Positions 39,261 through 47,595 are shown, counted from the first letter of the stretch. The stretch is 64,000 nt of DNA from an uncultured virus (IMG/VR IMGVR_UViG_3300049216_000090) (IMGVR_UViG_3300049216_000090); one strand, 5' to 3'. Made by a program: numbers and translations. The notes: generated from the sequence alone by a model not told the origin.

Positions 39261-39349
39261 GAGCAGTAGTAGCAAGCAAACCTACACCAAACCAACACTA
39301 CTAACAGGCTCCTAACAGCCTACACACCCAGCCCCGTGTGCAGCACCCG

Positions 39350-39407
39350 CTTGTGAAGCACCCCCTTTCAGTCTTGTGAAGCCCCTCAGCAACATCTTGT
39401 GAAGCCC
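39350..39407 (+). repeat. three iteron-like direct repeats, 23-bp period
   Basis: CTTGTGAAGC at 39350, 39373, 39396. Confidence 0.8.
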
Positions 39408-39469
39408 GTCTTAAACTCGCCCCCACTCATAACTTCATAATTCCACACCCCACCCCACTAACTACAACC

Positions 39470-39775
39470 ATGAGAGGATTCAAAGACTGGCTCGCCGAAC
39501 AAAACAACAACGTCAAATTCGCCGCCTGGAACTCCCACGGCGAAATCACCGTCTACCTCCGGGGCATCCGCTACCGCTTCCTCACCGACACCATGTACCA
39601 CGACCGCTGGAAAGCACAAGCACGACGCAACCCCGCACTCGTCATGTCACAAATCAATCAACAAGTGCGCACCGGCAAAGCCACACAACTCGAACCCACA
39701 CCCATCAACCCCACCAACAAACCCAACCCGCACCAACACGACCAACAACCCAAACTCTTCGACAAACACGACTGA
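39470..39775 (+). CDS. FKxWL-start hypothetical protein
   Basis: MRGFKDWLAEQ; TAACTA-N5-ATG upstream. Confidence 0.7.
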   Translation: MRGFKDWLAEQNNNVKFAAWNSHGEITVYLRGIRYRFLTDTMYHDRWKAQARRNPALVMSQINQQVRTGKATQLEPTPINPTNKPNPHQHDQQPKLFDKHD

Positions 39776-40470
39776 CCAATCACCCCGCAACCAACACCCC
39801 GCCATTCCTCCATAAACGCCCCAGGATCGACACAAACACTTCAACCGTCTCCCAGGGCTACTAACAGGTCAGAATCCCTCCTAACTCATCCTGGAGCGAC
39901 GTATTAACCCATCAAGATCATCTCCCGATCCCACTCCGATCATCACCACATCCCAGGCCACACCACCCCCTCAAACCCATCTGTGTCATCCGGTGATCCC
40001 ATCCAGGCCGTTTCGCCACACTCTCACCATCCCACCTGAAGCCGAAATGACCAGTTCAACCCGAAATGGCCCAAAAACCGTGCAGCGCCAAACTGCTGAA
40101 GAGACAAAGACTTAAAGACGAGTTTGGGGAGTGTGTTAAAGTCGAATCGAGGTAAGTGCCTAGCCCGTCTTCATTTGCGGCTGCTGCCAACCAACTGGTG
40201 GGAAAATCTCAAAGAATGTCACCGAACGGCTATAGATTGGATCAAAAATGGCAAGTGGAAAAGTATCCAGGTGGTAGAAAGTAGAAACTAAGTGATTGTG
40301 CAGCCCCGTGGTGATCTCGGCTGTTGATCGCTGTGGGCGGGCGGCGTGTGGTGAAGAGTGTTTGAGGGGTTTGGGGAGTTACTTTTGATTTGATTTCTGG
40401 GAGGTTCTGGTGTGACTTGATGTTGGATTTTGTGAAGGGTCCGATAATTCCGCTTATGTTTCGTTGGCGA
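39776..40470. other. non-coding skew-switch region (candidate replication origin or genome end)
   Basis: C/A-rich before about 40100 and G/T-rich after; no credible ORF. Confidence 0.55.
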
Positions 40471-40475
40471 GGGGT

Positions 40476-40638
40476 AAAAGAAAGAACCCCCACGACATCC
40501 GAAGACATCGTGGGGGTTCTGCTGCCCGAACCTGCCTGGGAAGGGGGTGGCAGGGTTCGACAGACTTAGTTTCAATAAAGCCCCCAACCGCCGTCGCCCA
40601 TTCAGCGGCGGGGGCTGCTCGACCTTACGGCCCAGCTA
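40476..40638 (-). ncRNA. candidate small structured RNA (about 160 nt)
   Basis: Minus-strand promoter upstream, three hairpins, terminal C(UUCG)G stem with U tract. Confidence 0.6.
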
Positions 40639-40643
40639 CCATG

Positions 40644-40672
40644 ATAATACCACGATCCCGACGGGTTGTAAA
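40644..40672 (-). promoter_or_regulatory. sigma70-type promoter (TTTACA family), minus strand
   Basis: Minus strand reads TTTACA-N17-TATTAT with extended TG. Confidence 0.8.
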
Positions 40673-40719
40673 GCAAACGAAACGAGAAATCAGAAAGCAA
40701 CTCACCACGGTTCATCCTT

Positions 40720-40747
40720 ACACCTGTAAACTCTTACAGGTGTTTTT
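40720..40747 (+). terminator. hairpin terminator
   Basis: ACACCTGTAA-ACTC-TTACAGGTGT-TTTT. Confidence 0.65.
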
Positions 40748-40973
40748 GTGAAGGCGTTTGTAGGGTACAAATGTCTGGTGCGGGACTTCAGGCAATTGTA
40801 CCCCAGGGAATTTTTTTTTCGTCGGGCTGGTGGCGATTGGCACGGGTTGGGGGCGGGTGGGTAATCCTCAACTATGTCTGACCACGCCTGACCTTTGGTG
40901 AGATTGCTGGGGTTGGCTGGCTTTAGGGATTTGTACCCTACGGTTCTCACGAACCCGTTGGGGAGGGCTGACG

Positions 40974-41174
40974 ATGGACCCGGAAGCGTTGGTGCGGCGT
41001 GCGGAGGGTGAGCAAGACCCGGAGGAGCAGGCTTGGGCTTGCACGGACTATTGGGAGTGGAAGGCGAAGGGCGGTTTCACCCGTCCCGACCTGGACGCCC
41101 GGATAGACGCAATCGAGCAGCGGGGCGGCTACGGGAAATACTCCGAATCGTTCGGGGTAATTTTCCGGGAGTGA
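40974..41174 (+). CDS. hypothetical protein
   Basis: GGAGG RBS after a motif B half site. Confidence 0.7.
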   Translation: MDPEALVRRAEGEQDPEEQAWACTDYWEWKAKGGFTRPDLDARIDAIEQRGGYGKYSESFGVIFRE

Positions 41175-41235
41175 CCGTGAACTAGACCGGGTTGGCCCGG
41201 TCTACCTTGCGAGACGGAACCATAAGGAGCGAAAG

Positions 41236-42324
41236 ATGCCGCAAGAGTTCAAGGTTTTCTTCGGGCCGAAAGACCCGTGGGCTGCGGAGCCGCCGACGAT
41301 TGACGAGCGGCGGGCGGCGGTGGAAGCGGGGTTCTGCCGCTTCATCGGGAACGCAAAGGCGTTGAAGAAGTTGAAGGCGTCGGCGTTCGATGCGCTGGGC
41401 AAGCACGACCACCTGTGTCGTGAACTGGCGTTCAGCGTCTTCGGCCCGGCGAGCAGTGGCAAGACGACGTTGGCCCGGATGTACGCCAAGACGGTAGACC
41501 TTCCGTTCGTCGAGATCAGCCCGAAGGCGGTCAAGACGATGGACGACGTTTACCGTGAGATCGAGCGGGTTCTCCAGGCCGAAGGGGTTCCGCTGGTGGA
41601 AGTCCGCACCCGGAACACGTTCATCCTGCCGCCGTGTGTGATCTTCATCGACGAAGTTCATGCCGTGGCGAAGCCGGTCGAACAGGGGTTGCTGAAGGCG
41701 ACTGAGTTCAACGATGCCATTCTCGTGACGGAGAGCGGCAAGACGGTGAACTGCATGAACGTCTGTTGGATGATCGCAACGACGGACGAGGGGAAGCTGT
41801 TCGATGCTTTCCGCACCCGGTTCAGCCCGGTGAATCTGAAGTACCTGAGCAAGCCGGAAATCGCCACCATCGTGAAGCTGGCGAACCCGGAGTTCACCGA
41901 CGAAACGGCTTCGCTGGTGTCGCACTACAACAGCCGCATCCCCCGCAAGGCGTTGGAGTTCGCCCGGTACATGAAGTTGGTGAAGGGGATGGAACCGGAG
42001 CGCCCGTGGGAGGAAATCGCAAAGGAAGTCGCCGCCGATGAGGGCATCGACGAACACGGCATGAGCGAGCAGCACCTACGGATTCTGAAGGCGCTGGGGC
42101 AGGGGCCGATTGCTTCCAACCGCATCACGAACGCAGCGGGGGCGAAGAAAGAGGAAGTCGAGCGGTTCATCATGCCGTGGCTGATGACGACGACGGACGA
42201 CGCTCCCGCCCTGGTGACGATGACGAACCGGGGTTACACCATCACGGAAGCCGGGTTGCAGGAGTTGGAAAAGCGGGGCATCGCCCACAAGGGGGCTTTC
42301 GCCCTGCCGAGCTACCGCCCGTAA
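41236..42324 (+). CDS. ruvB: Holliday junction branch migration ATPase RuvB-like protein
   Basis: FIGN, FGPASSGKTTLA, IFIDEVH, IATTDEGKLFDAFRTRF, IPRKA, GIDEHG, winged-helix tail TNRGYTIT. Confidence 0.85.
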   Translation: MPQEFKVFFGPKDPWAAEPPTIDERRAAVEAGFCRFIGNAKALKKLKASAFDALGKHDHLCRELAFSVFGPASSGKTTLARMYAKTVDLPFVEISPKAVKTMDDVYREIERVLQAEGVPLVEVRTRNTFILPPCVIFIDEVHAVAKPVEQGLLKATEFNDAILVTESGKTVNCMNVCWMIATTDEGKLFDAFRTRFSPVNLKYLSKPEIATIVKLANPEFTDETASLVSHYNSRIPRKALEFARYMKLVKGMEPERPWEEIAKEVAADEGIDEHGMSEQHLRILKALGQGPIASNRITNAAGAKKEEVERFIMPWLMTTTDDAPALVTMTNRGYTITEAGLQELEKRGIAHKGAFALPSYRP

Positions 42325-42350
42325 CCAATGGGAAGCGGGTCAGGTAGCGG

Positions 42351-42380
42351 GGCGTGGTCCACCGGGGCCACGCCTTTTTT
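42351..42380 (+). terminator. intrinsic terminator
   Basis: GGCGTGGTCC-ACCG-GGGCCACGCC-TTTTTT. Confidence 0.85.
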
Positions 42381-42458
42381 GCGCATCGAACATTGGGTAC
42401 AAATGCCGGAAGTGGGTTTTAGGCGTTTGTACCCTACGGGTCAACAAGGGGGTGCGAG

Positions 42459-42632
42459 ATGGCGAAGGTGAAGAAGTGGATCATTCAGGATTGGGCGGGG
42501 AACTTCCCATACGGCCAACGGACGTTCGACACGTTCGAGGACGGTTGGGAGTTGATCCGAACCGACCACCCGGACGAAGAGGATTGGCAGGAGTTCTACG
42601 TCGTGCCGAAAGATTCTCCCGAATCCGAGTGA
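42459..42632 (+). CDS. small acidic hypothetical protein (57 aa)
   Basis: MAKVKKWIIQDWAGNFPYGQRTFDTFEDGWELIR...; between motif B and motif A. Confidence 0.7.
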   Translation: MAKVKKWIIQDWAGNFPYGQRTFDTFEDGWELIRTDHPDEEDWQEFYVVPKDSPESE

Positions 42633-42703
42633 CGACCGTGAACTAGACCGGGTTGGCCCGGTCTACCATGCGAGACGAGACGGAACCCATAAGGAGCATC
42701 AAG

Positions 42704-43198
42704 ATGGCGATTGACAAGAACGACAACATCATCGACAGCCGTGACGTGATCGCCCGGCTGAAGGAGTTGAACGACGAGCGGGAGGGGCTGGCTGACACGC
42801 TCCAGGAGGCCCGTGATGCGTTGGCGGAACACGAAGGGCCGGACGACGAAGACCTGGACGACGAAGAGACGGAGGGCGGCAAGCTGAACGCCGCCATCAC
42901 GAAGGCGGAAGGCGAGTTGTCCGATTGGGACGACGAGAACGGGGACGAGCGGAAGGAGTTGGAAGCCTTCGACGAAGAGGGGCGGGACAACTGTTCGGAG
43001 TGGGACGACGGGGCGACGTTGATCGCCAAAGACCACTTCACGGAGTACGCCGAGGAGATGACGAAGGACATCGGCGACATGCCGCAGAACATCCCCAGCT
43101 ACATCGTGATTGATTGGGAGGCGACCGCCGAGAACTTGAAGGCGGATTACACGACGGTGGATTGGGGCGACAGCGAATTCTACGTCCGGTCGTGTTGA
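42704..43198 (+). CDS. ArdA-like acidic antirestriction / DNA-mimic protein
   Basis: Very D/E-rich; C-terminal YAEEM..DIGD.P..IPSYIVIDWEATAENL..DY resembles the ArdA C-terminal domain. Confidence 0.6.
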   Translation: MAIDKNDNIIDSRDVIARLKELNDEREGLADTLQEARDALAEHEGPDDEDLDDEETEGGKLNAAITKAEGELSDWDDENGDERKELEAFDEEGRDNCSEWDDGATLIAKDHFTEYAEEMTKDIGDMPQNIPSYIVIDWEATAENLKADYTTVDWGDSEFYVRSC

Positions 43199-43272
43199 GT
43201 GTGAACTAGACCGGGCTGGCCCGGTCTACCTTGCGAGTCTGGTAAATCCCCAACCTGTACGGAGTCGAGAAC

Positions 43273-43470
43273 ATGGCGAAGGAAATGACGGTCAAGGTGG
43301 AAGGTGACGAACTGGTGATCCGGGTTCCGCTCCAGAAGCCGGAACCGAGCAAGACGGGCAAGACGCTGGTGGTGGCGTCGAGCAAGGGCAACAAGACGAC
43401 CGAGGCCGAGGTCGAGACGCACCCCGGCAAGAAGATCGTGGTGGGGGTGAACGCCTACATCAAGCCGTGA
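43273..43470 (+). CDS. small hypothetical protein (SKTGKTLVVASSKGN motif)
   Basis: GGAG RBS after motif A. Confidence 0.75.
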   Translation: MAKEMTVKVEGDELVIRVPLQKPEPSKTGKTLVVASSKGNKTTEAEVETHPGKKIVVGVNAYIKP

Positions 43471-43491
43471 ACGCTGGTTGGGGTGGACGGG

Positions 43492-43529
43492 CCGGACGGG
43501 GGAGCAGCCGCCCCCTGTCCGGTTTTCTT
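43492..43529 (+). terminator. intrinsic terminator
   Basis: CCGGACGGGGG...CCCCCTGTCCGG-TTTT. Confidence 0.75.
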
Positions 43530-43630
43530 CTGCGGTGGCGGTAGGGTACAAATGTCGGAAGTGCGCTTTAGGCGTTTGTACCCTGGTGGTCGGTCTACCT
43601 TGTGAGACGGAAACCCATACGGAGCTAACG

Positions 43631-45229
43631 ATGCCTGCCTTCCTGATGATTCAGAACCCCGGCGTTGCGGACCCGACGGCCTTCACCCTCCTGGGTGCGT
43701 CCACCAGCCGCAACAGCGGCAGCAATCAGACCATCGGCAAGTTCGGCAGCGGGAACAAGCACGGTGTCGCCGTGTGCCTCCGCAACGCCCTCCCGCCGGT
43801 GGTGTTCGCCGGGAACCTCCGGTTGACGTTCGGCACGACGCCCATCGGCGTGAACAACGGCATCACCACGACGGAGTTCGCCCGTGTCCAGGTGAAGTAC
43901 GGCGGGAAGGACCGTGAGGGCGTGAGCCGTTCCAGCACGGAAGACCTGGGCTTCGTGTTGGAGTACGGGGCGGCGGATTGGGGCACGACCGATCTGGCGC
44001 TCCGGGAGTTCGTGAGCAACGCCATCGACCGGGCGATTGCCGAAGGCGAGTACGAGTTCCTGTTCCGGTACATCGAGGGCAAGGGGGCGGCGTTCGGCGA
44101 ACTGGCGAAGGTGGAAGGGTCGGACGAGCGTGAGGAGATGGGTGTGGCGTTGGAGGAGTACCGGAAGACGGCCCGTGACTTCAAGAACGTGAAGGTGGAA
44201 GTCGTCAACGAGAATCAGGTTCGGGCGAAGGACGGGGTGACACGGGTGTTCATCCCGATGAACGAAGACGTTCTCCGGTTCTACAACAACCTGGGCAAGT
44301 GGTTCCTTCACTTCAGCGAACCGGAGTTGCTGAACGTGACGATTCTCCCGAAGGGGAATCGCAACCTGACGCAACGGCAGGCGGCGGTGATCTACCGGCG
44401 GGGCGTCCGGGTTCGGGAATTCGAGTCGTCGGACGTGGCTTCGCTGTTCGACTACAACCTGCCCGATCTGGAGATGGACGAGAGCCGCAAGGTGGACGAT
44501 TGGAAGGTTCGGTACGCCGCCGGTATCGCCCTCCAGGACGCCAGCAAGGAAGAGTTGGCTACGCTGTTCCAGTCCTTCACCGGGACGACGAAGTTCTGGG
44601 AGTGGGGTTTCGATTCCTACGGGCTGGAATACACCCGCTACGGGGAGAAGTCGGAAGCGACGGCGGCACGTCAAACCCGGTGGCAGGAAGCGTTCACGGC
44701 GGTGCAGGGGGCGGATGCCGTCATCAGCACCCCGGACGGCGGGGAGTTCGCCGAACGCAAGGGCTACAAGGTGCTGAAGGCTCCCGAAGCCTACGTCAAG
44801 GCGGCGGGCAAGATGGGCGTCCGCACCCCGGACAAAGTTCTCACCCAGGACGACAAGGACGGTCGTGAGATCGTCGAAGCCACGCCGGATGCCGAGTCTG
44901 CCGTAGACTTCGTGTGGTCGGTGGTGACGGCGCACGGGATGACGGCGAACAAGAGCCGTCCGAAGGTGAAGTGTTTCCGCAAGATCATGTCGGGCGGTTC
45001 GCAAACGCTCGGCTTCTACCGTGACGGTGTGGTGTACTTCAACACCGACATCGCAGGGTACGGGAGTGTGGAAGGCGGGCAACACGTCCTGTCGCAACAA
45101 CTCCTGACGACGGCGCTGGAGGAAGTGGCGCACTACGTCACCGGGGCGGCTGACAACAGCCGGGACTTCCAGGACTACGTTCTCAACCTCGCCGTCAAGC
45201 TGGCGAAGGGGGCGGCGGGAATCCTGTAA
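43631..45229 (+). CDS. GHKL-type ATPase (permuted motif order) with C-terminal zincin-like domain
   Basis: IQNPG, IGKFGSG, then ALREFVSNAID; C-terminal ALEEVAHYVTG..DNSRDFQ. Confidence 0.65.
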   Translation: MPAFLMIQNPGVADPTAFTLLGASTSRNSGSNQTIGKFGSGNKHGVAVCLRNALPPVVFAGNLRLTFGTTPIGVNNGITTTEFARVQVKYGGKDREGVSRSSTEDLGFVLEYGAADWGTTDLALREFVSNAIDRAIAEGEYEFLFRYIEGKGAAFGELAKVEGSDEREEMGVALEEYRKTARDFKNVKVEVVNENQVRAKDGVTRVFIPMNEDVLRFYNNLGKWFLHFSEPELLNVTILPKGNRNLTQRQAAVIYRRGVRVREFESSDVASLFDYNLPDLEMDESRKVDDWKVRYAAGIALQDASKEELATLFQSFTGTTKFWEWGFDSYGLEYTRYGEKSEATAARQTRWQEAFTAVQGADAVISTPDGGEFAERKGYKVLKAPEAYVKAAGKMGVRTPDKVLTQDDKDGREIVEATPDAESAVDFVWSVVTAHGMTANKSRPKVKCFRKIMSGGSQTLGFYRDGVVYFNTDIAGYGSVEGGQHVLSQQLLTTALEEVAHYVTGAADNSRDFQDYVLNLAVKLAKGAAGIL

Positions 45230-45299
45230 CTAAGTGTGAACTAGACCGCCTCCGGGCGGTCTACCTTGCGAGACGAAACCAACAACGAAGGGGAAGACG

Positions 45300-45611
45300 A
45301 TGAAGGCGAAGCTGGGCGGGCTGGTGCTGCTGGGGGTGTCGCTGTTCGGGGTGTTCCTGGGCGTGTACGTCGGGCTGTGGTGTTGCTACGTCGGGTCGGT
45401 GGTGGAGTTCATCGACGTGTGCAAGGCTCCCACGACCGACGGCGGGGCGGTGGCGTGGTGTCTGTTGAAGTTCTTCATCGGGGGTTCGCTCTCGGTGGTC
45501 GCCGGGTGGGACGGCCCGCTGACCCAGAAGCAAGCCGAGCGGATTGCGAAGGAAATCCGCAAGGACACCGGCGTGGCGACGAAGGTGTTGCCGGTCGGAA
45601 CGGAGCCTTGA
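45300..45611 (+). CDS. membrane protein
   Basis: After motif A; hydrophobic segments. Confidence 0.7.
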   Translation: MKAKLGGLVLLGVSLFGVFLGVYVGLWCCYVGSVVEFIDVCKAPTTDGGAVAWCLLKFFIGGSLSVVAGWDGPLTQKQAERIAKEIRKDTGVATKVLPVGTEP

Positions 45612-45687
45612 AATTTCCAACTAAGTGTGAACTAGACCGGGCTGGCCCGGTCTACCTTGCGAGAACGAACCCCATAAGGAAACGAAC

Positions 45688-46032
45688 ATGGCCCGTCCGA
45701 AGCTGGTCGCCCTGGTCCCGGTCACGGTCGAACTGGTCAAGAAGCAGGTGCAGAGCGTCACGGCCCCGCACACCGAGGACGCTCAGGCGGCGTTGGAGCG
45801 GTTCCAACACTTCAAGGACGAACTCGACTTGCAACTGACGAGCATCCACCAGTCGGCGGGGGTGTTGAAGAGTGACGAAGTGGTGGACGACGGGGCGTGT
45901 GACGCCATCGTGACGTGCCTCCAGAAGATCGCCACCGCCTGGAACGACTACATCACGGCCAGCGGGATGAGCGGCTTCGACAAGTTGGAGCCGGTGGCCG
46001 ACCTGGAGCCGTCGCCGTACCAGGAAGATTAG
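45688..46032 (+). CDS. hypothetical protein
   Basis: After motif A and TAAGGA. Confidence 0.75.
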   Translation: MARPKLVALVPVTVELVKKQVQSVTAPHTEDAQAALERFQHFKDELDLQLTSIHQSAGVLKSDEVVDDGACDAIVTCLQKIATAWNDYITASGMSGFDKLEPVADLEPSPYQED

Positions 46033-46090
46033 TGTGAACTAGACCGGGTTGGCCCGGTCTACCATGCGAGAACCCCATACGGAGAAGCTG

Positions 46091-46378
46091 ATGCAAATCG
46101 CAACCCAGAAGCGGCTGGCAATCGAAAGTCTGGTGGTAGACGGGGAGAAGGACGGCACGATGCAGGGCTACACGCCGGGCGAGCGTGGGTTCAAGCCCCC
46201 GTTCGCCATCTTCTCGCCCGACCTCCAGCACAACGTCGGCGGGCCGTATGCGTCGGCCAAAGACGCCCTGAAAGCCATCACCCTGATGCGGGGCGGGGCG
46301 ATGGTTCCGTACACCGACGACGCCACGGTGGTGTGGACGGTGAACGGCAGGCCGAGCGAGTGGTACGAAAAAGATTGA
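46091..46378 (+). CDS. hypothetical protein
   Basis: After motif A and GGAG. Confidence 0.75.
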   Translation: MQIATQKRLAIESLVVDGEKDGTMQGYTPGERGFKPPFAIFSPDLQHNVGGPYASAKDALKAITLMRGGAMVPYTDDATVVWTVNGRPSEWYEKD

Positions 46379-46444
46379 AGACCGTGAACTAGACCGGGTT
46401 GGCCCGGTCTACCATGCGAGACGGAAACCATAAGGAACCAAATC

Positions 46445-46702
46445 ATGCCGGAAACAGTGAAGGCCGTGTTTCGTCGGGACCGGGGCGGCATCGTGTTCGC
46501 CATGTTCCCTTACGACATTGCGACCCACGAAGGCCACTGCACCTGTTACGAACACGTCGGCCAGCACAGCGCCGCCGACTACACCGCCTGCATCGCCACG
46601 AGCCGCCCGGCCAAGCCCGACGAGTACGCCCCGCTGTTGCGGGAACTCGAAACCCGTGGCTACAACGTCCAGGTCATCAAACGCCGCAATAGGGGGAACT
46701 GA
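46445..46702 (+). CDS. phage hypothetical protein (CYEHVGQHS motif)
   Basis: After motif A and TAAGGA. Confidence 0.8.
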   Translation: MPETVKAVFRRDRGGIVFAMFPYDIATHEGHCTCYEHVGQHSAADYTACIATSRPAKPDEYAPLLRELETRGYNVQVIKRRNRGN

Positions 46703-46704
46703 GC

Positions 46705-46881
46705 ATGTTCAGCGGAAACCTTCACGACATCGGTGTGGCGGTGAGCGAAGCGAAGACGAACATCCGGGCGGCGCTCGCCATCCTGCACCACCTGAAGCAC
46801 GGGACGGAGCAACTGACCCCGGCCCAGGTGAAGGAGATGGTGGAAGAGGCCGAACACCACCTGAAGAAAATCGGCGACTGA
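46705..46881 (+). CDS. small hypothetical protein (58 aa)
   Basis: MFSGNLHDIGVAVSEAKTNIR...; stop abuts the next motif A. Confidence 0.65.
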   Translation: MFSGNLHDIGVAVSEAKTNIRAALAILHHLKHGTEQLTPAQVKEMVEEAEHHLKKIGD

Positions 46882-46943
46882 GTGTGAACTAGACCGGGTT
46901 GGCCCGGTCTACCATGCGAGACGGAAACCATAAGGAACAAAGA

Positions 46944-47243
46944 ATGAAGCAGCCGACGACTCTCGCCCCGTTCGCCTGTCCGAAATGCGGCAACACGACG
47001 GCCCAGAAGGGCATCAGTCACGCCTGGATCGAGTGGCGGGTGGCGGGCGTGTTGGGTTCGCACGACGGAAAGCCGGTGGTGAACTTCCAGGACAACGAGG
47101 GCGAGAGCATCGGGCCGGGCGAGCGGTTCACCCGTGAGAACGTCCCCAACGACGTGCCCGACCTGTCGCACTTCCACTGCAACGCCTGTAGCTGGAACTG
47201 GTTCCTGGCCGACACGGTGGATTCCTTCGATCTTCGGAAATGA
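46944..47243 (+). CDS. zinc-ribbon protein
   Basis: CPKC...CNAC; after motif A. Confidence 0.75.
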   Translation: MKQPTTLAPFACPKCGNTTAQKGISHAWIEWRVAGVLGSHDGKPVVNFQDNEGESIGPGERFTRENVPNDVPDLSHFHCNACSWNWFLADTVDSFDLRK

Positions 47244-47283
47244 CCGTGAACTAGACCGGGTTGGCCCGGTCTACCATGCGAGA

Positions 47284-47580
47284 AAAGGGAACGGGCAAGC
47301 CGGGTGGATGAGCCGAAGAGCCTGCCACCGATTGTACGAGAGACGTAAGCAATGCACTGGCCGTAGACCGGGGCGGCGGGAGGCCGCATGAGTTATCGGG
47401 GCAGACCGGGCGAAGTTGTCCCACTATCCATGAAACGCCAGACCCCAACGGTAGGAAAGCACCGTGAAATATCCCACCGGATTTACCTAGCTCGCTGCGG
47501 CGAGAGGCCGCATGATCGCCCGGCGTGAAGCCGGGAACTTTACCGGGGCGGGAAGTTCTCCCGCCCTACTTGCGAACACT
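47284..47580 (+). ncRNA. candidate structured RNA / long leader
   Basis: About 300 nt without a credible ORF after motif A; duplicated GCGGC-GRGAG-GCCGC-ATGA hairpin and further stems. Confidence 0.5.
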
Positions 47581-47595
47581 TCACAAGGGCACGAC

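Noticed and set aside
39967..40369. Inverted repeat CCCCTCAAAC / GTTTGAGGGG across the skew switch
   Set aside because: Only 10 bp in low-complexity, oppositely skewed sequence; plausible by chance.
40242..40950. Short ORFs in the hinge region
   Set aside because: No RBS, atypical composition, and they overlap promoter, hairpin and motif B elements.
7934..45133. Long antisense ORFs (e.g. 7934-9997, 2973-4238, 41182-42075, 43625-45133)
   Set aside because: Shadow frames of GC-rich genes with recognisable products on the other strand.
47500..47570. Group II intron 3' end (hairpin ending CCCTAC)
   Set aside because: No recognisable domain V with an AGC/CGC triad, no GUGYG 5' end and no reverse transcriptase ORF.
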